From contig CAKQUX010000001.1 in assembly GCA_934277645.1 (NCBI GenBank), positions 386,110 through 450,109 on the forward strand: DNA of 64,000 nt, read 5' to 3'. The notes below the pieces were generated by a model. The model ran no database searches, was not told the origin of the DNA, and was given only the letters and a program-made list of their open reading frames with translations. Positions 62,201-64,000 of the stretch are shown piece after piece; position 1 is the first letter of the stretch; every line of letters starts with the position of its first letter. The position numbers and the translations under genes are program-made. Source of the stretch: an uncultured Clostridia bacterium (lineage in GTDB: Bacteria > Bacillota > Clostridia > Christensenellales > CAG-917).

Positions 62201-64000
62201 GGTATATTTGGTATCGAAATCGATTGTAGCCGTAGTACCCGCTTCAGGGTTTGCAGGCTTAATCGATTGAAGCCAGTTGTTGCCGAGAATGACTTGCATC
62301 AAAAGTTCAAAGAGATTTACTTCAAGTGCAATCTTTTCAAGTCCCAAGTATTCGACGTCGACGTACATCATTCCGCCGATATAGTAAAGTCCGAGAACGG
62401 TCTTATAGCTTGCTCCGCCGTCAAGCGTGCGTTGCAAGTTGAGCTTGAATTGCGTCTTGTTGTTTGCAAACATCGAACCTGTTTTGACCATCTTTCTGTA
62501 CGTTTCTTCGTCTCTCAAGAATTGGATGAGCGGCGTAAGGTCAGCCGAAAGTTGAAGGTCGTATTTGTATGTAATGTCGATATTTTCTTCAACGACAAGC
62601 GATTTGATTTGGCTGTCGATGACAATTCCCAAAGTGTTGAGAAGTCCGGCAATGCCTTGGTCAAGGTCGACTTGACCTGCCTTGATGTTAAGGTCAAGTT
62701 CGCCGTTCATTCCGACGTAGAAATACGGCGATTCCATAAAGTTTGCGTATCCGCTTTCGCAATACATGCCGTTTGCGTCAACGACGTATCCGATAAGTTT
62801 TCCGTCTTCCGTCGTCTTTCTCGAATATCTCGTTCCGGAGTATGCCGCGCTTTCTTCGTCGCTGAGTCTGCGATACTCAGGAGCTTCCATTCTGTCGATA
62901 GATGCCTTAACCGTAAGGTCGCTTACGGTAAAGTTCATATCCATACGGTTACCTGACGAAAGGTAAAGGTTGACTTTCATTTCGTTGAAGTTGAGTCCGT
63001 CGCCTAAGCTAAGTCTCAAACCGCCGACCATAGAGTCCGTATTGCCGATAATAAGTTTGTCGCCAAGACCTAAAACTTTGAGCAATTCGGAAACAAGGCT
63101 ACCTGCAAGATAAATTTCAAAGTAGTCCGCGCCAAGGTCTGCGCCCGAAATTACAGCCGCGATAATCGCAGGAATGTTGACTGCGGATGTTTCCGCCTCG
63201 GCGGTAGTTTCACCTTCGTTCGATTTATCTTTGATAAAATCGGTAAGGTCGATTTTGACTTTTGCGATGTTATAGAATGATAAATCTAAATATATTACTT
63301 TATTTATATAATAAAGGTCGATGTACGTTTCTCCGCTGACAGCGTTGCTGATGCTGAGATGCACTTCGCTCTTCAAGAAATCTTTAAGATTGATATTTCC
63401 TTCGATGCTGAACACGAATTTATCTTGCGTCGTGTTGTCGAGCTTCATAAGAAGTTGAAGAAGCATCGTCGTTTTTGCGTCGATATCTTTGTACGTAATG
63501 TCGGTGAAATCACCGCTTGCCGTGTAAAGGTCGAATTCGCCTTTAAGCGAAACGTAAATTTCTTCCAGCTTAAACTTGCCGTCGTCGTCTTTCGCAAGGT
63601 CGAGATAGCTCGATTTTTTAGCTTCGACGTTACTCAAAACTTCCGACATTTCTTTGTTGCCTCTCATTGTCGTAAGGCTACCGTAGAAAACGTTTGCACT
63701 GATTCTTGCACTGAAACCGTCAAACGGTTCGGAAAGGCCTACACGCAAAACGAAGTTCGCACCGGTAAGTTCGTCTCTTTCAAGCGAGATAGAAGCGTTG
63801 TCAATAGGAAGTTCCGCCTTAGGGTTGAACATCTTTACGATTTTGTTCAACGTGCTGCTTGTAAGAGCAAGGTTGAAACGTTTAAGGTTGAGCAATCCTT
63901 GTTCGCCCATAACGATTTCGATATTCGAAATGACTTCCGCAATAATCGACGTAAGGTTCGACGTGTCGATAGCCGCCGATGACGCTTCGCTCGTAAGAGT
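38288..64000 (-). CDS. Giant (>8,570 aa) modular, apparently non-enzymatic protein; 5' end outside the window
   Basis: The frame is stop-free over 25,713 nt. The first in-window Met is at 63910, but the 30 upstream in-frame codons (TLTSEASSAAIDTSNLTSIIAEVISNIEIV) are also open. It has its own terminator. Composition and repeat logic are coherent along the whole length. Confidence 0.9.
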   Translation of the reverse strand, partial: TLTSEASSAAIDTSNLTSIIAEVISNIEIVMGEQGLLNLKRFNLALTSSTLNKIVKMFNPKAELPIDNASISLERDELTGANFVLRVGLSEPFDGFSARISANVFYGSLTTMRGNKEMSEVLSNVEAKKSSYLDLAKDDDGKFKLEEIYVSLKGEFDLYTASGDFTDITYKDIDAKTTMLLQLLMKLDNTTQDKFVFSIEGNINLKDFLKSEVHLSISNAVSGETYIDLYYINKVIYLDLSFYNIAKVKIDLTDFIKDKSNEGETTAEAETSAVNIPAIIAAVISGADLGADYFEIYLAGSLVSELLKVLGLGDKLIIGNTDSMVGGLRLSLGDGLNFNEMKVNLYLSSGNRMDMNFTVSDLTVKASIDRMEAPEYRRLSDEESAAYSGTRYSRKTTEDGKLIGYVVDANGMYCESGYANFMESPYFYVGMNGELDLNIKAGQVDLDQGIAGLLNTLGIVIDSQIKSLVVEENIDITYKYDLQLSADLTPLIQFLRDEETYRKMVKTGSMFANNKTQFKLNLQRTLDGGASYKTVLGLYYIGGMMYVDVEYLGLEKIALEVNLFELLMQVILGNNWLQSIKPANPEAGTTATIDFDTKYTDKDGNIKNYDLAILLSVAMSDSRILVEVADGLTELVLNKLGLGFAGISASLELRYKDTDEVVDGVVTHYDSGLKGSLAIKNEKDEDMIAVSLNLNAPKVEFSQIDIEGLDKAIGEGYVNVALFNDDGTINLEGLYLELSGSLGAYAYQSDSHSDAGKWDVGSWIESLYKTDSPALESLLYQLMLAFEIPAQISDELGFKISALLRLDLSGINIKEKTFDLKNLMNIEYILTHSDLAIEIWDGKVGLSTSKKALGLYLVYQGNNNFGQPYSTLFLDIDLGIWQNTHIMLDGFDIGKILGMFETKYDFDMGVALGEAETFISDDVFEDAKKAEDGSIAGLKVESANETVATTEIVGGNRIKVNGKAKGEVALTVSYTDEKGATVTKKIKVTVVDAVSREIKVGDSSRTPWVPFSNPTGKVEVVSSDESIATATVTAAGGVVVTAKKAGSVTITATYAGLSKVLYVKCYELADEAVGSEGEDTTASNDSLNLLAVILGTGLSAITLKEDTLLVNFSSKFVAVLLAQFIPSLYQVNPDGTKTLKPMIELTPDRSYVQLNTAAQDLELSVGVDPLQVTLSIVKPTISFNRQSIGKDINRTDYIALQNLSQFSLSFAIDIQGQLKNSQEEEDGIIKIDSYLKALVADLALDFGLDIKEDIYLDMALEIEASINTESKNDTQLYLVLRDKTTGKVLFGVYILGTDLYVELGALSEDNFVMNNIDVGTIVSDTINGLVKKLTTSVTQDGEAEISDEGEEGGDKAKEALETVIALASKEISITLAQNLIIAIINFVLNNGKPEDEQVDIDTILSKMVDENGNPVDLGLSAEFTIDTAIPQILVGLDSKILSVSLSIVRPYLATGAAKDRYAEIDFNEVDNFIGYYVRQSNTDVYYKLTRENVFEKVGDTFNPLTGDPVKAGETNPWANYYVEIGGEKLPISLLDTYERLQSVGEKLSDAITRLTSGVDKNGNSTLNNFDDNPCITFAFDFYFNYSLDATFVKMTQTQIASGSVPKSDRYSLASDGVHFIQDENGTYQRVPREFQEILDATLNLDFINNLIKGFSFGSGANKVSLKDLLKTIAFKFYVDDMVDTTLILTLKGNIDLQKLGIYSVIDGGMELKDFLGNFSIDQLLKACEFGIELCAMDHNRQAIAGKTVGIYLVDNYLLLDLKGIDGPRAKISADFIFDMIGGGNKEEAGTTDEEKEQLKGTKLVAAVLNAIVKTVVVKAKLRSGATLKTFDSFDIMFNSDMLQAVIALFSDNSVNLSRFNLDESTSGLFLKLADDDFDGKPSISVGMQTADGLKLKLALAAAFTIDIGATTSILGVGVTPNDFADLTKFTSQTYNLSVDGKLYVSADGSASYDLSQFLNSSDMLAQYFGDMVVSLMADQQFYSAVGVRIGANFNLGDLFLDYFTANGYELISDWEARAENEGRKYKGTKYSKVEKVDENGKVIETTYEEDKENGTYKKQYSILDFLNKSELRSLEISLELLELDTYGNYKYDSEGNAIVKGGLYLAQDTLYLDGRKLFAGAPAAYIPHIVSVIENVIKGIDKADDAISDVVDKADEISGGIKDRTEALTSDVSSDAANQAVLELIISDPAIQLVLTKSFFAVILSMIMPTLGDIGDIFDVLNLSLSLDKGKFSHELIDYSEICKDQRFSRSYEEISDMIDVLTNATNNYAYDKANNKYVMISSIAICNVEGVEDTNGDYYIVNGDATLIYLASEFKYYKRHAIDTNVYYENENGEFKVSGGLYYEKLDWSEDLLKDENKNLRYTMGYYAYGTGLEKEVDYVASAIIPANLYFIVKGSDGLYYNVSTHSRYNDESGTVSNADTGKYVAIGSEYVALNLTNTIGRYVKIGDTYYDLTNYVMGANGVVSIDIDGTAVDLSSVQTYNYGWHQNDTGLYAKADKFDVVSNQAFRAIYVGSDGIESDWSVDRYGYGYFANASIASKNAETDVNNTDVFYFSYNNVVYNLNNYIWYSDETGSTVIPISQRTAANVENVKCVNLTDIGQKVKVSDFDTVAKLQANEEVYKISGADSDYKYFFFKGYYKAEKGEYKWVAAEYSLVLPYEERYTEITYFREYESGDYIFDNSNVEYYVELASSNASGVRNTITKSAYDALNETEQANYGAIGSFVLYDNLTAEKKEQFASSTRYQKVSDYYLFSYLVAHADELYVQDINGYYGKTTNTDGTVRYETYDSSKHNHRYSKAVNNVIVKTEAEANVGKQNYEEKIVGTYVKYKGNEDKLAAYENIAVEIGGEKYVIYSVLTDELKAALSSMRYVAILDVFTYDADETYTYPAYVAYDEFKDYKLTADKYLSELIGSADRSAFMENYWWVNTTEGYVLWSSLTAQQKASYSARVKYVLDYSVKGSKYDLRNDDGKNYGSYTFDITQSEYMRKSTKYTSISDFGITLGVKAGTFGFGVSIGGLNIGFGSTASLLPKDINEAIPFTKSTVGASVDVRLHGEFTAGTVDLGRVFSGIVGDISGVVVEVPEYTAGVTKMDFRMSVSALLDFSDLSKSELKAELIDISAVDVEEVFIGVYYQDGSLYIDAEKLGLPKMVINELDFITDTLNDLLVKIFGDDVYNSEQIQNEAGGADVDYNVALQILLSNKHFSVRIGKQLIDFALGLIKFGDVSLKDFIYEGIDYSGFADVKVSLDDLEATEIGAEISFRMPAGSKYVQVKIENLFDGENNLTDEAKTAIEAAQEANGLKKDGVAEKLMLFIEDPDGIWAFDSANNIFVRGTAITTGSRFTPYAYGTTEFNAALQAAEKDGAKTIYYILVEGESANYDTYAKEVNFSLGINNVSLKFAQTDRTRPLTDDAIKDYTLYSEIENVVIEERIDVTTYLAGGDLDLSEWVQLFFQDESLADLEGIIKVMDETGDYLNRKTYLDMKIDIKLASIINSIRKTILDKEIAGTTEDSEKKPTWREGDLDLQLLFDTLKGGGIDIVKILSLVNAEFKIVTQGSSYDASTGQTVTTEENTLVRMYFAGGNYALVCDYVTIDGYNEYVKVDEYDEANKDKYEWNAEGTELVRYRYDDIEKQYISGTGAEYGLIKYFPYKDNVDSYSGIRYSKNYKGYYTDANGKYMAVVDHEKLGNTASKDKWSHYFVNPYGDYAYDILNKEFFNVKELERQYAAEGKKLDLSDTDRYSADRYSYDPVNYYQNEYGVYSFVPGGLNIDLTGLGLAAYTVDSFTLTEIGNKLFNKDKNSEASTTDDTTGGDNTGDDNTDDNTGSKISLPLLPDNICEYIRSFLYGMQVTSNYISIMLHANYLNVIADLVTGEDTSFSFDFDFNKRSYLRINTDAKRYRFDSLVTNDANTDLDASGNTDVNGGIRLSTNPTEILTDEFGAQITYEQFVTDESRLVYAVLPRTGDTGNYVFIDKNTQLVKFTAAEKAHITAGTNNQIPTGGQELLDYFDNVFYSGGKLNEYLATIGQSYLTLKSTVADAEYVSNVAGEDYLTYDIYRVHIVKVGSSYVITCNGQTKTYDSIDDFKTEIGARRLFTVTVDDDALAPLVELLLYVFDNYIGVDIQSPKLSFTKYSYTSNGADTFPTSMTYDIIDNFGTMALNAGELSSLSVNGKSFGEDVDSEQGVSHATIQMTIADGSASGYKVAIRNANRYSISGSFGDATSLIANRFDGKICAYDKYQAVYTANANVATQDDDGEWLLIEYTRSDKTKQEFFIRLYSAADLSAGKLTETVGFNYYGTGALQITDSTLTSKVSYYRWLRFDFVRHYDENGYVIRNKYVRENSLTSMITADKFYGYDAGEYVYNDILNDYFNSPLYVKTADGTFAYYNKAVYGELSEGLKVGDELEVRISSVNLSGKKLGTGEGEINENLTTKVGKVIVTKSGADLVKTFILDTAIAWYTMDESGEFSAFSGTATENTSLYAKAGDEYFCLAYYDVKTNAIVAFDRYDELRYMNVTEISSVSMVLGGTFSLSGDYSSTELSKVLYSVFGELTTALTISEPGKKLNNTFGYSIALNLDVDIDPMSLFNGGKITDMIKLHNLDLAIDIWTTKDDGSRDKQFIGLYYLDGVVYVDLSFFLADGGFFKIDLGADAVEVIVANLLKGNEAGQADGTIRGADRDKAGFYIDFVLDMITASISSKLIGMIVTEITGEETIADMLENLPNMVPYVGMSVAKGEGSTFLGVKIYDTTGETEILDVNFSVFGIDTKHSHMMFGNKAGYYGNAKSITSLTGDLYRKEYLTEDGKLRVNIFDDNSDNAKDLMTNEECRNKFRLIASVDLAKIFSGEMQFADAFDINWGKAELSAKLDVSLEVLAGIINFSEEFGALLDAEVMAYIKSLSEKIEEIGQDNNTYFTATLSAYVDLAKFMNDKLTFVEKLGGAQINLIMTVNSNLLPYDKDPTNGGAAQDINVNVTVLFDEEGKISLYVDFEDLGSRMGLGEAFNKIKFEGLDISGIVNNDKEAVIADEAISSASTFVDGEEGSAGIFGSDILNVLKVMFKEIQVLQGEVRVNFMSTMFDSLLGFLTQNQTLRDMVKLPQIDDGGITLSLNDGFSVGIDLSLAVAGGREYMPKEMWLGESDTTWKGDRYSFAAFDASDLENAGVYGYTNNLFGKATSDTIGTLYVFTVDDKHGNYYLDTTDGGTVYYYDNAGNKQTATGTFRLVTSDLDKSAYTGNYFSLSKLYVQYATYADFKAAYPNSETTEAQFNSGIDKFVATAGTENFTAKTLYIAVLDSTGAYVKPSDFSLAVGLNNIKLEYDIEKSSVSYVENDVTYVATRIYTDGETLGANETHPEGSNYVFMATTNFNALKDMELNLTFEGGISFHAAALDDKGLSNIVDLSGLAGLVFGDDSSLANTNVTVRIKNDMDMEFTIGMYVYLDLKHPETMEAVLTLNKKNKDTGVSERFLSLYVAPSFNANGEYQGHTIYLDAYFLLGNDGRIAISNFDVATMLNGLLGGLLNSSEASTSSLSEAAGLTMHQLAYALIMFKPEYLGVAINTAAINEIVNFYRRADGKEEKEIFSSSAAAEFMLKLATVHNSANEGDTSLTTTILAKMNDSFYASIDIDDLKVDTGAKVAYQFNDDGTVANANLAKGTGKLPNKSELDQYTVVFDIGNKKLMVEKLSLKLSGEVTITSNTSNEEGTFANWLGKFVRNTLGKLLDSDMNKLGSFNFYLPSILSLIMDAELDINLAAMFTSAGTLNMGGIVYSDMKIDVRFGEPLNSQFLSLYYLGSSKLSGSAGSGADTNRDIINSKTGLFNDAFYIDLTAFGLGKVKLSGLVGLLGGNSGKVEAQSSGYAETTDEAKTQATGAIDMGVVSGELLLEETSIGINFNSSFIERIFDMLNVDFGTAGNPPFGDIAISVNFDNGLESATFEMALDNKGTNIGANISGISVKFGEKAGLIDVENLVNELKTGYGALDMGTLSVGGIVQQLIDSMDPTLSIVYSKKTSDSRVVTNVNLFSGWGAGGKSDKAGSTVSITMTKGSKSIDKSATLDRLKLAISAKHPMRSSNYSLEGYIFNGNVALTGIASNFGGLAGAIVGIFDPLNLGSYIGDKSTGKIFTITDILKGNNDYFNYPSNGKFGEIYSTNDKDEEKEYQWMPKINNVIKSLNVQLFGTNKVSWSPYGSKFSASGNSLRYSTVEINFDKDTFNDLLSYLFYMIVSMINNDDFVSRMNDYRSGGNKYTTTKALLTAVENASSSTARRNIVEPYANAMPAAFMPWLISDMGGVAGNICAAAHTEIKEISYLLDSLLPLPYANSSAKALIYIDSLTNTGTGVDGGIKAIELYIDASRSTTTSNGSNYLQLIIQPTTASDNLLSLCEVETVSIPSGQASVPSRINLLDPSTREAQAIYGSAKKSIFLTAEYFTDEKLFPQIANAYFSDGTKDEYTGKSGYDENGGVAIVWDASSVDLTTSHSKTERLIGYVYGYVMNKVVYVVPVYTTNSYSVSSISGLTYKSGKILTKDLVIDMKANDTSKGTAVSNAAFNVTLPENVQITFENGSAYTFSTHYADYAEYGTAGRAAYVEYAKYLKTAFGFTGTVATSASGKDTFTGVTANYPVGKITWNEKNFVYDFAGGVVKVSYTFSWGLSGTYTESVEIPIKNYKVGNVTKFAYANSSGALDYSVDTLQGFDSAKLVSYDVKKGGFVNGTNKFLVTDGQGSSFVDVSKVTAENYTNYAFDLYAYIKSMNRLEGNYAPYEIDGVEQDVESYKLDLSWSLGGQDDCSGLKPLKDAIDALYDQTNKCWNYFKGIDVIVTGYVGGGNSKTFFASEYFSGYPTDTATTKYVAGTVNGVDGYWVYQALKFRIKVAPTAFEKFGKADVQIDPYKYATIDEAAIGNTLSATMDKGNSTKSITYTLGQDMKYNIPSVNAEELTYMGYTGSGKLKLGVTLGTKNYGFQNVSLPITVKKMAAKGTAIAVEDSLNPDWFTNDALKVIDVSFAGNVTHKMSLDWDNMQLYSDSACTKKVDNIFKGGTFYAKVRADKVELVDGKYQVVMGADGITPIASYKGTSQAIKITINATEYGLETLGNNAITFNSAFEAIGNTIDIYRYYTDKDYKSAFDAIFGEAADNGYWGNTDRKVTVKLNKEVLVGGVVTTEIPAYVRHFNIDNLVGKNKKGEFITNFKSDKVTIGVTVGNREFDLTLGVTPYEVSALRFADGSVKVTENAETGEYEYRYDVLSNFTVPTMAFAVCRGNQYEVADFKFNTETSPKAEEYLTAEDGTKYVERLVTLYSGTALEQTLTIKIILENVDKNGEDVDFDFDLAFETDLNGGEASGEALVSAEAQTAAAKTYQFMAFGKFELPNKGTIKVNGENGATYENVPVTWDRLSAPTADEIIAYIRANGGADYDSSKGYPFTRKATMAGIEKSINFVYYYDFEIVKLGGQDFGGTYTLKAADFFKGLPTTASVVVKTASGNKTIDNVTVEWLKANAKDKVAYDENGIENRGEINAWIRLSFNGFTTENSFGEDFISYGYAKEDGELVFTDIPSSLTIESVDKAQILEEAFKKYIDEAYVYDVLGIYDITPDEVTQGFVKKLFDNNFVVDEKNVTIGEGEGAITMDVLATLSYQLPSDVLTAPNKYFGTSQEIVVKIQSEQCVIEKTIKVYFLDRSVKKVANVTDRSLIFDPYRGISEDAFKENLDVLIANEEVKSYVNGEGKVAFDVQKIADRKVNFNANWTNKANILKTVKTSREGFEWPDNMVTLTAESGAVLEVRIPVYLINRTIAEIRLITDGKYDQLKYYEYRTSKQYIFMDDAVLDQMMTVTYDNKTNQISKLEFRNPYTYSTDVFPTTVKVTFSDGQIMTYNIVWSNVPEKADGLTTTKATIKASIVIGSVENNIYNGEFKYDENSVIIVDEFDLDLAIKSFNLTRFNSDVASKSLDTNYNYEFYPYATTSGTAITMNGSQKTVYNPFVDSRDVDGKYTYYANGITAYLDGQWIKTNYVANYIGYKTLTTSGETKITTATVPSDAILYRIDPITRRYESSGSGNFDYIYVYNVAFNLDVTEWDLSDVSYSAVGGTTYAKVKFGNDKIAASYRTPVKIVQSTFVNFDWSTAKFAKTDATANNVFKSSVGIGSGAKFDPWKDEKYTTTNADKYFPNAVTAKFTDGTNEWTQEVSIAWNFNNLEIDMTGGEGHTKVVIGSSNEYDVSKYKFELKELNVTQIVDYIDRTITFNMDNNSSIKSQTGFAGAQSYDSFTKYTGTISNIDPYNYTRPTMPTSLYTISNGVAQTFTESSSTYKLVWDYSAFYPSYVGGETQITAQLTVPSGLKQEIKIKYYVYKMMISKLASTNYTTNVNTTTGKAATAFTVTPFSVNSYTLPTSYTVTFAQQKYDGTSFGTAASTSKSYNYVQTSMPSSFKYEFVSTAKTGYLASIKVGSQQRVTVDVKLAAWTTTMTTSTSLSGTSNSKTYVLTQYSGKPVAYVGYAQVYNKAGNQVVATYNVSISAADEKYYLPKFSGNRKVVYYLQPIFGVMVDKSGRVLTTRVLTSDYKVNGRVVLKAGAEIPNGYGNGSNNGLSTSYITVTSNN
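38291..44923 (-). other. C-terminal array of ~2,200 aa of Ig-like (Big_4-like) units of the giant protein
   Basis: The recurrent pattern is (L/F)P..V.V.F(S/T)DG....(V/I).(V/I).W, for example FPTTVKVTFSDGQIMTYNIVWSNV, FPNAVTAKFTDGTNEWTQEVSIAWNF, ANAYFSDGTKDEY..VAIVWDASS and VPVTWDRLS. Confidence 0.55.
55061..57223 (-). other. Tyr-rich hairpin-like insert region of the giant protein (residues ~2230-2950)
   Basis: It contains many short units such as NGDYYIVNGDATLIY, VYYENENGEFKVSGGLYYEKL, GDTYYDLTNYVMGANGVVSI and KYFFFKGYYKAEKGEYKWV. Confidence 0.6.
60800..61189 (-). other. Two tandem Big_2-type bacterial Ig-like domains inside the giant protein (residues ~908-1037)
   Basis: The two domains read LKVESANETVATTEIVGGNRIKVNGKAKGEVALTVSYTDEKGATVTKKIKVTVV and KVEVVSSDESIATATVTAAGGVVVTAKKAGSVTITATYAGLSKVLYVKC. 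Confidence 0.7.

Larger units (their letters stand above)
46505..63331 (-). repeat. Array of at least 11 highly diverged protein-level modules carrying the hGhYYh-xG-xhYhDh signature
   Basis: Signature hits are at 63236..63331, 62303..62407, 61310..61453, 60035..60148, 58661..58771, 57602..57715, 54518..54634, 50045..50170, 48974..49087, 47495..47641 and 46505..46690. These were checked against the DNA at several points. Confidence 0.75.

Noticed and set aside
39464-62956. Many long + strand ORFs inside the giant gene. Examples are 39464..42055 (863 aa), 54416..55957 (513 aa), 57038..58726 (562 aa), 61892..62956 (354 aa) and 43880..44848 (322 aa).
   Set aside because: All start at coordinates congruent to 2 mod 3, which is the exact codon-aligned antisense frame of the giant ORF. 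Stops in that frame would require the sense codons TTA, CTA or TCA, which this genome evidently avoids. The same holds for the shadows of ppx and the SPFH gene. Their products are Arg/Cys/Phe/Val-rich and incoherent, so they are a codon-bias artefact and not genes.
38288-64000. The giant ORF as an assembly artefact of collapsed or concatenated repeats.
   Set aside because: The protein-level modules are so diverged that the DNA shows no long identical or near-identical stretches by eye. Composition and codon style match the flanking genes, and the ORF ends in a proper stop plus terminator. This still deserves long-read confirmation.
38288-64000. The giant ORF as an NRPS/PKS megasynthase, an RTX toxin or an LPXTG-anchored MSCRAMM-type adhesin.
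   Set aside because: I found no adenylation, condensation, KS or carrier-protein core motifs, no GGXGXD nonapeptide runs, and no C-terminal LPXTG plus hydrophobic tail.
1-64000. Mobile elements, prophage, defence islands, and rRNA or tRNA genes.
   Set aside because: I saw no transposase, integrase, recombinase, phage structural or restriction/Cas-like ORFs, no inverted terminal repeats, and no cloverleaf-capable or rRNA-like segments in the intergenic regions.

Overview
This 64-kb chromosomal segment looks like a low-GC Gram-positive genome (Bacillota, Clostridia-like). Supporting evidence is an rnfCDGEAB operon, spoVG, murC, a SpoVB/MurJ-like flippase, a DUF421/DUF4363 pair, gap, fba, GGAGG-type ribosome-binding sites and many clean rho-independent terminators. 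I saw no rRNA, tRNA, CRISPR array, transposase or integrase. The left 38 kb is ordinary housekeeping and accessory coding sequence with several oddities: a 1,500-aa doubly anchored surface protein made of CBM-like repeats; a LicC-like nucleotidyltransferase fused to a HisC/CobD-like PLP domain, next to an OCD-family gene; an SPFH/YdjI-like protein ending in three tandem zinc ribbons; a split TSUP transporter; a histidine-free DHQS-like protein; and several intergenic tandem repeats. The right 25.7 kb (40% of the window) is one uninterrupted minus-strand reading frame, 38288..64000, of more than 8,570 codons. It is still open at the window edge and ends in its own terminator. It encodes a Cys-poor, Tyr/Asn/Asp/Thr/Gly-rich, apparently non-enzymatic giant protein. 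The protein contains at least 11 highly diverged copies of a module I cannot assign to a named family. Each module has a strand-turn-strand signature hGhYYh-xG-xhYhDh, then an acidic linker, then a hydrophobic strand/helix element. The modules are interrupted by Tyr-rich hairpin-like inserts and a Big_2 pair. They are followed by a unique junction region and a C-terminal array of about 2,200 aa of Ig-like (Big_4-like) units. This giant gene is the main candidate for something undescribed. All calls are by eye from the sequence and ORF translations; no database search was run.
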